Shown here: positions 12,104 through 24,600 of the stretch, one piece after another
How the letters are laid out: each line of letters starts with the position of its first letter
Numbering within the stretch: the stretch's first letter is position 1
Assembly (NCBI RefSeq): GCF_964355755.1
Contig: NC_092676.1
Coordinates: forward strand, 14,960,871-15,024,870
DNA length: 64,000 bases
Source: Antedon mediterranea
Taxonomy: Eukaryota > Animalia > Echinodermata
Reading direction: 5' to 3'
Position numbers and translations under genes: made by a program
Notes under the pieces: generated by a model
Seen by the model: the letters and a program-made list of their open reading frames with translations, nothing else
What the model was told of the DNA's origin: nothing
The model's database searches: none

Positions 12104-14348
12104 ACATACACACTTATTTGTAGCATTTTACGAAAAAAAGTATCAGAGTATTCATCAACAGAGCTAAACAAATGAAGGAAAGGGTCAGAACATGTGACTC
12201 TGGCAGATAACAGATAACATTACTTTTCAAGAGTGATAAGAAAAAAGGAAACATATTATTCAATTTGTTAACCTAAATATATCTTTCATTTTTAATTTAA
12301 GATAATTATTTACATGATGATAAAACTTTTGAATGTGTATTAATTTAAATTGGTTATCATCACTTGGCGTTTATTTTTGTTTATATGTTTATTTTAGGGT
12401 TCTTTCATAGGTCAATCATTTTTTTCCATTAAAATTTAAAAATTGGCTATTTGTAGTTTATTGTATTAATCTTTATGGTTTATTTTACATCATTTATATC
12501 TCAATGTATATTGCATTATTGTTCTTATCTTTGATTAAATATTAATATTATGTACTGTAGTAGGCCTATACACATTTTTAAAAATGCTCAACAAAGTCTC
12601 AAACCACATAAAATCTAAAAGTTCAAACTGAATATTTAATGGCCCATGAGAATTCTAGGTAGCCTGCGCAAAGGTCATGGAGGCCAAACTTAAGAGAATG
12701 ACTCAAGCTCTTCCATGCGAATCATCTCAGGTTAGACCAACCTCCAGTGGGCAGGACTTGTAGTTAGAACTTGTGGCTCAAATGACACTCCAGGGCAATA
12801 AAATCACAATAACTTACAAAGCACTGACAGTAATTGCTTGTCAAAACCAAATTGCCTAACCGTAACGCTAACGTAGCCTGGTCCGCGTAATGAGGGGAGC
12901 CCATGAAAATAGCTGCTGCTGAGAGTATACAATTTAATATTATCAATGATTTATAATCAGCTGTATTTCAATTATCACTCGATTATACCGATATGCCTAT
13001 GTATAAATTAATAAATAATAAGAGAATAGAAAGCATACTGATATCGGTCCATAAGATGATGTTTAATCAATTCATGCGTGAAATAATGATGTAATATGTT
13101 TACTATCATAGATGGCGCCAATATCTATATGTTTTTTTTCTAGCACCATCTCTTTATTTATTGTTATAGCAACCTCTATTTACTTTTTTCTCTCTTAATT
13201 TTTACAACATGGTTAGAACATCTGCATATCAAGCATCCGGGTTCGAATCTCAGTTGGATTCTCACACAGATTTCTTTATCTTATCGTTTCAAATGAATTA
13301 ATTAAATTTCAATATATCATTTCAATATATTATTATGTTCTATAATAATATTCTATACCTTAGCCTATATAAATACGTGAACGTGATTGGTTGAAACTGC
13401 ATCACATGACTACTGCTGCGAGGATCCTCGAGTACGATGATATTGACTGAGTAGGCCTCATTTTTGCGTAATTATCGTGTCCCTCTGTCATATTTAACAT
13501 AGCCTAAGCCTATATCCAGTAAATTCTTGAAGAGTTTGATATTGACTGTGTAAGTTCCGTGTGGCAATACTCGCGTTTGGCGATAAATAAACAAATGTCA
13601 TCTACTGGGACTCGAACTCACGAAGATTAGTTAACAAGAAAACTAAACTATTTAAACTATGCATACAGAGCGCCTTCTTTTTGTTATTCGCCCTTTACAG
13701 ATGATGCGAAGAAAGACTGTTTGTGATTGGTCAATACGCTCGGTAGTAAGCAGGTACGCGCGGCGCGCTGAACATCCGTTGATTCGGCTCGAAGAAGACG
13801 AATTATTATTAATTTACCTGATAATATTGTTATTATTATTATTATGTAGACTTATTGATGGAATTTCTTCTGTTAATTTAAAAGACCTAGGCCTATATGA
13901 AACGAAAAGATGAGTAAATCTGTGAGAATGAGAAAAAGTCACCCAAGCTGAGATTCGAACCCGGACCTTCTGCTTGTTATTAGACCACTGGAGCATTTCA
14001 TCAAAGATTGTATAGCGCCGCTACTCAATTGTACGCACGTTCACCTGAGATCAAATTGATACACCCTCATCTATCAGTATTTTTATTTATGATTCTCCAG
14101 AGAGAAACATTTTATATATACATATAAACACATTAGGCATAGAACATAAATTCTAAACCGCCCGGTGATATACTGAAATTTAATTAATTTGAAACGAAAC
14201 GAAATATATGAAAAAAATAAAAGATATATATAGGCCTATAGTATTTTCCGGAGAAATCTTATGTAGGAGAATTTTACATTAGCACTCTCGGAGTGCCGTT
14301 TTATAGTTTATAATGTACCGGTATATGATTTGTATGACTTAATAATAA

Positions 14349-15792
14349 CTAGATGGTACGCTCGCTTCGCTCGCGTACCATCTAGGTCGTGCCCACAGAT
14401 GGTTCTCGAATACATAATAATTTCAGCGTTAAAAAACTGGCGATTTCAAATGTACGTACCGCAGAACAATAATACGTGTTGTTTACAGAAACGAATAAAT
14501 AGACACTGTGGATTTATGTACTCAACTAAAATTAGCACCCTGGGAATTACTTCCGAAAAAGAAACTTGTCACAAAATGAGACCATAATTGTTTAAGTCAA
14601 ATTTAAACAAACTTAATTTGTGTTTTATATGTAACATTAGGGTTGAGGGATGGGAAAGAGGATGGGTGCAAAGAGGAACAATTTTTAAATATATTCTTTA
14701 TCCATTTAGTAACGAAATATTAATTGTTTTCATGTTTTACAACTAATATACCACTAAACACAGTGAAACATTGCGTTGTGATACTTGAAACTATCACCGT
14801 CCTAGTCGATTGAAAAGTACAGTACATGTAACGATACATCACTACGACGTGTATATGTTTATATAATGTAAAACAATTTGTGAAAACCACCTCTATTCGG
14901 GGCAAATCATAAATTCGATTTAGTCGTCAATATATAATAAATTATCTAACTCAACTTAATTAGTAGGCCTAATGGTTTTCAATTATTTCTTAGAGCCAAT
15001 TCATACTTAAGTTGGTTCCTACCCTACCCACCAAAGTTGTTCTGCGTTTAGGGCATGTGATGCACTGTAGGCCTATCCTCTACTGGATTTACAACGCTAC
15101 TCATGCCAGTGAGGGAAGGGTGATGATGTGGGTGGTTTAACTGCAATAATAAACATTTGTACATAATATACGGCGACTGAAAACGCTAGCTCATTATCCG
15201 TTTAAAAAAAAATGTATATGCAACCTCTGCAGCACAGATTGAAAAAAAAATGGATCGAATTTCTGTTATGAGTATACAGTACTTGCCTTTACGACGCCTG
15301 CGGGAATAGACACTTGTGGAACAGAGATTGGAATGTTCCATTCATCGCAAATCAATACATTTGTAAAAACATATATTAAATCTATCAAAATAGCATTTTT
15401 TAAATAAAATCGGCCTGTCTTCAACATTATGATGCTGTACCCGAACTGTTCAACCGGTTTTCAGCTATTAAAAACAATTATCGTAGGAGGAGATAGGAAA
15501 ATGCGAAGTGTCCTCGTATTATTGTGTGCGGGTATTTTTCAAATTGGACATCCATTAGACAGTGTATACCACGATCGGAAAACACCCCTATTTGGGGAAA
15601 ATCGTTGAACCTAAATTCGTTTTAATCGTCAATAACTAATTATCGAATTCAATTTAATTAGTAAACAGGGTTACATCAGGTGGTTAAAATCAGTACCGAA
15701 AGTACGAACCAACTTTACATACCATCGAGTAAACATTCTAGAAATAACGTGCGATTTACCGAATTTTGCCCTTACGTAAATTTATATATAGA
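14349..15792 (-). mobile_element. Non-autonomous Helitron (TC...hairpin-CTAG)
   Basis: The minus strand begins TCTATATATAAA (15792) and ends with hairpin CTAGATGGTACGC..GCGTACCATCTAG (14349-14385). High identity to the inverted copy at 59567-60485, which lacks about 14717-15242. Confidence 0.85.
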
Positions 15793-16184
15793 TAGATAAT
15801 AACATGTATATTGTGTGATAAATAGAATACAAAATATAGTACAGTATTGTGTTTATTGCGAGTCAGTGTTATTTGTTTGTTAGGATTGTTTTCTAATATA
15901 TAATAGCTTAAACAATACAAACAATAAGTATTATTAATTTGGCAATAGACGATCGCAGACATTCATATTCATCAGCTGCTTTTGATGAAAAATAAGGTTG
16001 TTTAGAGAATTATACAAAATCCTAATCCTGCTACATGATTATGATTGTCCAAAAGATGTCTCTTGTTTCGGTGCCTGGATTTTGATAGGGATTTGGGAGG
16101 GCCTCTGAGAAAGGGACCTCCTGGTTTGTGATGGATGGAAAAGGTTTGTAACATCCATATATATGTTATTTTTTTGCCTTTTGT

Positions 16185-16186
<2 letters not shown>

Positions 16187-16224
<38 letters not shown>
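16187..16224. repeat. (TA)n microsatellite
   Basis: Perfect TA run. Confidence 0.95.
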
Positions 16225-16228
<4 letters not shown>

Positions 16229-16469
16229 CCAAAGGCAAATTACTGAAAAAATGACAATGCTGTGGGTATCAGTGGCTGGATCTCAATGGAGATACAAAAT
16301 AAAAGCGATAAGCTAAATCAAAACGAGAAGTAAAACAGCCAGAAAAATATATATAAACACAACATATATAAACATCACAGGCACAGAAATAGATTCTAAA
16401 CCGCCTGGTGATATACTGAAATTTAATTAATTCATTTGAAACGATAAGATGAGGAAATCTGTGTGCGGG

Positions 16470-16538
16470 TCCCAACCGAGACCCGAACCCGAACCTTCTG
16501 CTTGATATGCAGATGTCCTAACCATTAGACCACTGGAG
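16470..16538 (-). repeat. tRNA-derived (Glu/Asp-like) segment of the dispersed repeat; not called a functional tRNA
   Basis: Minus strand TCCAGTGGTCTAATGGTTAGGACATCTGC-ATATCAA-GCAGAAGGTTCGGGTTCG has A-box, anticodon stem-loop and B-box-like parts. The acceptor stem is imperfect and the segment is embedded in a multi-copy repeat. Confidence 0.65.
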
Positions 16539-17662
16539 TATTTTATTTACGAAGCGAGATCTTACAGTTAGTTACAAAGGTTAAAATGCAAATAATTGGA
16601 TCATTATAATAATATAAAGTTTGAGGTAAAGTAGACCTTCTACTACTAGGTACCATTAGTGGTTTCTTCGTTGTAGTATACAGTTCTTCTACATAGCGTT
16701 TGGAAGAAGAGCATGAGTTAACGAAGTAACTGCTAAATGGTAAGAAATCTTTTTTCTTGTTCAATCTCTAATTCTGTAGGCCAAATTATGTTGATTGGTA
16801 TTTTTCAGGGTGTTTTATGTTGGTCTTCAATTTAGGCATAGAGCGTTATATTACAAAATAGGCCTACAAGTTTCAATTACAAAATATGATAGGTAGTTAA
16901 AAAAACAAGTTTGTTACGAAAATACTCAAAACCATTCATTCTGCGGTCTACTATTATAGTCCGAGAAATCACATTTACAAAAATGCGTGATGCTGTTAGC
17001 CATCACTGGTACCATGTTTCACCAATGATGTTGACACCAGTCTACCACGATGAGGTAGCATCTCCAACTTCAGACTGGGATGTTTTTTGTTTGTTTACGG
17101 AACCATTTAAAAAAAATAATTTTTAAAATAATACATTTAATGATTTTAATTTGTATTTCCTACTAACCTAAACTTAGCAAAGTGAAGATAAGTTTACATT
17201 ATCTTAACTATTCTAATTACAACTTACATTAACTGAGAAAGAAATATTATTTTAACAATTATCTTATTTTAATTATTATTATTGTTACAATATTAAAATC
17301 TATTTACCTTCACTAGGCATATAAGCATATTATTACAATTTATCATTCCGTATTCTTTTATGATAATAATATATTTACTTTTTACGTTTTTACGCATTTT
17401 TGTTTATATTGAAAGGAAAAATAATGTTGTTTTTCACCCATTTAAATGATTTATAAATTCTTATTTCTGCATTTGAATTCATCTAAATTTATATTACTTA
17501 TTTAATCATTTATATTGCACATTGTATTAAATTGTTTCTCATTAATTTGTCTTAGAAAACGATATTCAGTATATTAACTAAATTTATTTAAATACCTTAA
17601 TTTGTCTTACATTATGTTGTCTTAACTTATGTTAAATGTTTCTTAATCTTATTGTAATTTGT

Positions 17663-18476
17663 TTAACGCCTCTCTTCAACATTCTCCGAAAAGAATAACT
17701 CTCTACTTATTTCAAGTTTCCCTATAATGGCGTTTATTACTATGTATGCTATTGCGGATGGCTTTACTGTTGTAAGAAATATTTTATTCGTTATCAAATA
17801 TTCTACAGATTCGTGTCTAACTGTTTCTATTCTTCGTTTGTTATTGTTGGTTGTAGCCTTGATCATAGCAATATCGCAATAAGTATGAACAAAATCAAGA
17901 CACGTGACACTATTGATGTTTACTATCTGTAATATTTTGAATTCCATTTGTGCTATTTTTTTTAGGATTAAAGTAGCCAAGATTCTGGAGGCGATCACAA
18001 GCATAAGGGATGATGTGTTTAGATTGGTATCGTTCAGCACATTTCAATGCAAGGCAAAAAGATGCAATTGCCAATTCCTCCAGATCACCAAGCTTATATG
18101 CTGTATTATCACAATTTAGTAAATTTTCTATAATTGTAAGGCTACGATGAACTATATCATAATCGATTATGTATTCATAACGAATGAGTTCAGATCGAAT
18201 ATTAAATACAAATTCTACCATATGATCTTTGACTGATTGTGATTTAAATTGTGCCCATGGATTTTCAGATTTATTTTCTGATTTTATAAGTGTATCTATA
18301 GTTGACTTAGCAATAGCATTCTCTCTGACATAGGGACACCCCTTGTTTCTTGCCCTTTTATTCCTCACTTTGAGAAACCTAGCGTACTTAGCGGCGGGAT
18401 ACTCATTTGATCTCACCGTATTCCGGGCTTCCTCTAAAGAAGCATTAAATCTTCTTTTAAATATCAACTTTGCCAT
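17663..18476 (-). pseudogene. Intronless divergent cyclin-fold protein (about 270 aa if one base of the A8 run at 17956-17963 is removed); frameshifted gene, pseudogene or assembly error
   Basis: GCCATGG Kozak ATG at 18476. Frame 1 reads KDHMVEFVFNI..IVHRSLTIIENLL..LEELAIASFCLALKCAE (cyclin-box helices 1-3 with conserved K and E). Frame 2 continues KKIAQMEFKILQIVNINSVTCLDFVHTY..FLTTVKPSAIAYIVI (helix 5 ME motif and second-fold PS.IA motif). Confidence 0.72.
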
Positions 18477-21400
18477 GGCAGACGATGTAAATGTAGCAAA
18501 TTTAATAGGAAATATATATAGTCTTTCCAAACTGAATGTGTACAGTAAAAGCGTTTTATTTCGTTTTAATAAAGAGCAATTTAAAACACTGTTCACCGAT
18601 TGAAAGAATTTGCAATTCTCACTTTCTCAATTTGGAATGTTCGTTAGTTATATTCGAATATTTGATGACGTAACAATAGGTGCGGCGCCTTATTGTACGC
18701 ACGGAAATAACTAATGGAACACCACTATATTAATTGACAGCTCATGGAAACCATCAATACGGTACGCGGTAAAGAACACAGCGCAACAGCTGACGTGTGG
18801 TTTGTGGCTTATTCTAGCTGCCGTCATGATGCTCTTCAAAATTACGGAGCTAAAATTGTATAGCTCTATAAGATTTTTCACTAGTCATATAAAGAGCTGT
18901 AAAACTCTAAATTTACCAAAAAGATATGGGGGAATATAGAAAGATAAACAAAAACATAGGCCATAGGTTTTGATTTAAAACAAGAAAGACCAAGATAGAC
19001 TGTAGAGACCTATTAATTTGTTTTGAAGAAAAGAAGATCGTGTATTTTGTTTTCTTTTGTTATGCACATACGCCTAACTACTATTTTTCCATTTTAAACC
19101 GTTTATATACGCTACTTACAGTGAATCTATTCAAATGCATGAATCAAGCAAAGAATATTATACAGATATTGCCTGCTTAAAGGTTAAATATAAATTTGAC
19201 ATCCCCGAGGGAATGATATTTTGTTCGATGGAATATATTTCCCTAAGCGCCAATTTTATATGTTACCGTTATATACAGTATAAGGCGATATATCTGTTAA
19301 TATTACGTAGCCAACAACAAGTAGAATATCTGCTGAGTCAGTTTCAACCAACCATGTTCACGTATTTACATAGGCTATGTAATATAAAAATATAATGTTA
19401 TTGAACCAGCTTTTGGTTGACCTACCATTACCTAATTAATACTATAATTAACGATTACGGTTACGATGATGTTAGTTATACTATGTTAGTACAAACGTAC
19501 AGTGATTGACTTTCAAGATTACAGGTTATCTTTACGCACAGTAACTCTACACACTTCGAAATCAGTCCATTGAACACCATGTGACCTGCTCTGGCAAAGT
19601 GAAACATAAGTCGAAAATTAAAAATGTTCAGATTTTATTCTATCTAGTAGAAAATGTAATATCCTTTACTATGATACCAAACTTAATATTTAAAATAAAG
19701 AGGATCTTGAGATATCGTACGTTATGTCGAAGCATGTATAAAGAAATATACAAATAACAGTTTTGAGAAAATCATGATTGCATGTTAGTGTTATTTAAAA
19801 AAAAACACAAATTAATGTTTGTTAATCTAATAGTGTCTACTTTTTAAGTATCACACATTCACAAAATATGATACAATGAAGTTATTTTTTGTAGGATGTT
19901 GATTACTGTGACAATGTATACAAAAATATTTCCACATGCTATGTTAAGTACATACTTATGTTTCTTTTAAGTACTTAATTAAAATGGTATAAAAATGGGT
20001 AAATTAATATTTTTACACTAAACAACGGTATTATTCTTAAAAAATTAACTTAAATGTAAAATTAAATTAAGTTATACAGTACAACATTACCTACCATTTC
20101 TTCTACTGGATTTAAGTACGTTCTTAAAAGTATACTTAAATCTTACTGGCATCTCAGTTTTGTCTCTTAATGTTCCTTTAAATTTTGTTCAAATTTCTTT
20201 ACGCCCTCATCCCTCATGTACTACCGTTCTCCTGACTGTCCTTTGCGCAGTCTTCTCAGTTATTGGCATTTATGTTGCATTGCTTTAGATTATTATATGT
20301 TCTTTGTAGGTTTTCTCTGCCTGCCCTCTCGTTCTATACCGACTTTAGAATGAGCTAGGTGTCAGCGGGAAACATACATGGGATGCCAAGACTCTCGTAT
20401 TTTGACTCGTCTCCCGGCCAAACATGTGCTTTAGGTTTTACACATTTCTCCCGGATTACAAAGATAACTTAATTTTGATGTACAGTACAGGGTATTATGT
20501 GTTATTTCTGCATTAAAATACAATAAAAATGCTTACACACAAGCTTATACACACAAACAAATTTACGATATTTAAACCATTGTACAGAGTACAACAATGT
20601 GTGGTCTTTTTTTTTTCTTAACGGAAAGGTAGGGATTTCCCACATAGACGCCACGCGATATCACTTACGGTGACATCATACACTGGCCTCTTACCTCTCA
20701 ATAATAGATAGCGCGCGATTGACCTAAAAAAATACCACCATCCTCCTTTTTAACGTACATGCACGATTATCCTTTGCAGAACAAACAATTAGGTGTTTCG
20801 TCGGAGCCTCGTCTGAGTTGGCCTTTACTGATACGCTAAGAAATGATTATAGTACAAGACTTTTTTAGAGTGAATTGAATAAAACGCAAGACTTAAAACA
20901 CTTAATACAGTATAACTATCAGCATTTATTTTAGCAATATGGTGCAATAGCATCCAGTCATTTTGTCAAATAATTTTACCGTTTTTGTTATTAAAAGTAC
21001 AGTACTAAGCAAAACGTTTATACAGTAGGCCTACTTACAGTATTTAAGAATGTTATATGCATAATTATAAAACAGTATATTAAAAAGTTGTTCATAGAGC
21101 AAGGACAAAATTAAGAAATTAAAACAGTATCTGGGTTAAAAGTTGAATTTCAGTTGTTTTAGCTTAATGCCTATAGTCTAGACTATGAAACTACACTGAC
21201 ACAAAACAAAGATGTGCCTAATATGGTAGTGATGTCATATTATCGTGTCCTTTGGCCACATCACATTTTTTGACGCATACAATTTGATAGTGTAGACAGA
21301 GCATAATATTCCATAAAATATTGGACTTTGATTAAAACCTATTTTATTTTCATTTTTTAACAAATCAAGCATTAGATAGAAGCAAAACACAATCAACTTG

Positions 21401-21618
21401 TTATTAAATCTACAACTTAATATATGCAGACTACAATGAAAGGGCATGCAGTCTAACCCTCTTGTGTTTGCAATAACCAGTGATGTAACCATGACACCAG
21501 ACTTTATTAAAATCGGAACAATTCATCTAAAGAACTACTTCTACAGTTACAGTACTTGTAATTGATGGCAGTATACTGTATTAAAAAAAGTAGTAGAAAT
21601 TGTCAGGTGGTTCATTAT

Positions 21619-24600
21619 TTATTTCATCTTTTTCTGAGCTGTTCCAATATTACACTGATTTACCTAGAATTTAAAAAAAAGTTTTATTAAGTTAAAAAAG
21701 TTTTGGCAGTCCTTTATACAGTAAATTACATTATACACTACACTTTTCAATTGATGGCATCTAATTGGTTAATAGCAATGGAATAGTTCTTGTCATGCTC
21801 TCTAAAGCTTTTTTCCCATTAACACGAAATGCAAGTGATGTATTATTAGAACTGTCGCTGGTTATTGTTCAACTCGCTTGCATTGTATCTATGTCTTTGT
21901 GTTGCGTCCTACTGGGAACCAAGCTTAACTGCATTCCTAGGAGAATGATTGTCCTGCGCATGTATGTGCTTCCCCTAAATTTAATTGGTAGATGCACATT
22001 GATGTATAGTATGCCTGCAATGGCTTGTGTTTAAACTTGCAGACAAAGTCCTTGATTAAGTGCTTGCTTGCCTACCTTAACAAAGGGCTGACTGTGAAAA
22101 CTGTGACAAAATAAAGCCCTTAGTCTCACTATATCCCATAACTTTATCTGGGAATACGGTATAGTCTCCAGATCCTCTTGGGATATATTTTGAACCATGC
22201 CCCTCAACCCAGTAAATATTTGTAAACTATATACTAAGTCTATAACCTACATCTTTACATCACAAGACTATTAAAGACCAACCTTTGTTGCGAACCTCAA
22301 TGAGCACAGTGACTCGGAAATGTTTTCTTCTTTTGGTGATATGTTAACAAACATCAAACTATTATTAAGAAAATAGAAATGCATGCTTATACAAAAATTG
22401 ATTTGTAAATTAAGAATTTCAACTTGCAGAACTACTGCACATTGTTTAATGAATTCATTTCATCAACTTAATACGATTTTAAAAACCTGCTGGTTTATAT
22501 TTATTTTATAAATACTAATCCAATTAAAAACTCAATAATAACCCTAAATAATGTCTTACGTTTTTGAATTTCCACCAAGCGAGCTTTGTAAAAGGTATGT
22601 CAGCTTACTATTACGATAGGGGATATGAGACCCTTTATTACCAAGGGACATGATGACATTTCCAAGATTACTCAAACTTTTGTTGATATTTTTGGTTTCT
22701 CGTAATCGATCCCCACTCGATCCAGAACTAGTAAGACGCTCACTACCAGCAAGATCTATCAGGTTCAGAGTTCCTATTTCAGACAATGTTCAAATAAAGT
22801 AAAAGGCATTAGGAATTATAAAGTATTTTCATTTTTGTGGATATAGTACAAGGAAGCAGTTGACTGTGGATATAGTACAAGGAAGCAGTTGACTGTGGAT
22901 ATAGTACAAGGAAGCAGTTGACTGTGGATATAGTACAAGGAAGCAGTTGACTATGGATATAGTACAAGGAAGCAGTTGACTATGGATATAGTACAAGGTA
23001 GCAGTTGACTATGGATATAGTACAAGGAAGCAGTTGACTGTGGATATAGTACAAGGAAGCAGTTGACTATGGATATAGTACAAGGAAGCAGTTGACTATG
23101 GATATAGTACAAGGTAGCAGTTGACTATGGATATAGTACAAGGAAGCAGTTGACTGTGGATATAGTACAAGGAAGCAGTTGACTGTGGATATAGTACAAG
23201 GAAGCAGTTGACTATGGATATAGTACAAGGAAGCAGTTGACTGTGGATATAGTACAAGGAAGCAGTTGACTGTGGATATAGTACAAGGAAGCAGTTGACT
23301 ATGGATATAGTACAAGGAAGCAGTTGACTGTGGATATAGTACAAGGTAGCAGTTGACTATGGATATAGTACAAGGTAGCAGTTGACTATGGATATAGTAC
23401 AAGGAAGCAGTTGACTGTGGATATAGTACAAGGAAGCAGTTGACTGTGGATATAGTAAAAGGAAGCAGTTGACTATGGATATAGTAAAAGGAAGCAGTTG
23501 ACTATGGATATAGTACAAGGAAGCAGTTGACTATGGATATTATAGTACAAGGAAGCAGTTGACTATGGATATAGTACAAGGTAGCAGTTGACTGTGGATA
23601 TAGTACAAGGAAGCAGTTGACTGTGGATATAGTACAAGGAAGCAGTTCACTATGGATATAGTACAAGGAAGCAGTTGACTATGGATATAGTACAAGGTAG
23701 CAGTTGACTGTGGATATAGTACAAGGAAGCAGTTGGCTGTGGATATAGTACAAGGAAGCAGTTGACTATGGATATAGTACAAGGAAGCAGTTGACTGTGG
23801 ATATAGTACAAGGAAGCAGTTGGCTGTGGATATAGTACAAGGTAGCAGTTCACTATGGATATAGTACAAGGAAGCAGTTGACTGTGGATATAGTACAAGG
23901 AAGCAGTTGACTGTGGATATAGTACAAGGAAGCAGTTGACTATGGATATAGTACAAGGAAGCAGTTGACTGTGGATATAGTACAAGGAAGCAGTTGACTA
24001 TGGATATAGTACAAGGAAGCAGTTGACTATGGATATAGTACAAGGTAGCAGTTGACTATGGATATAGTACAAGGAAGCAGTTGACTGTGGATATAGTACA
24101 AGGAAGCAGTTGACTGTGGATATAGTACAAGGAAGCAGTTGACTATGGATATAGTACAAGGAAGCAGTTGACTGTGGATATAGTACAAGGAAGCAGTTGA
24201 CTGTGGATATAGTACAAGGAAGCAGTTGACTATGGATATAGTACAAGGAAGCAGTTGACTGTGGATATAGTACAAGGTAGCAGTTGACTATGGATATAGT
24301 ACAAGGTAGCAGTTGACTATGGATATAGTACAAGGAAGCAGTTGACTGTGGATATAGTACAAGGAAGCAGTTGACTGTGGATATAGTAAAAGGAAGCAGT
24401 TGACTATGGATATAGTAAAAGGAAGCAGTTGACTATGGATATAGTACAAGGAAGCAGTTGACTATGGATATTATAGTACAAGGAAGCAGTTGACTATGGA
24501 TATAGTACAAGGTAGCAGTTGACTGTGGATATAGTACAAGGAAGCAGTTGACTGTGGATATAGTACAAGGAAGCAGTTCACTATGGATATAGTACAAGGA

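Noticed and set aside
10114-12171. Many long overlapping ORFs (e.g. 261 and 288 aa)
   Set aside because: Products of a 19-bp non-triplet minisatellite; they occur in all frames on both strands.
15960-15990. Hammerhead ribozyme core (CTGATGA on the minus strand)
   Set aside because: No stem II followed by GAAA; the same holds for other CTGATGA hits (about 34537, 35282, 46088).
16470-16538. Functional tRNA gene
   Set aside because: Imperfect acceptor and T arms, atypical anticodon loop, and part of a dispersed degenerate repeat.
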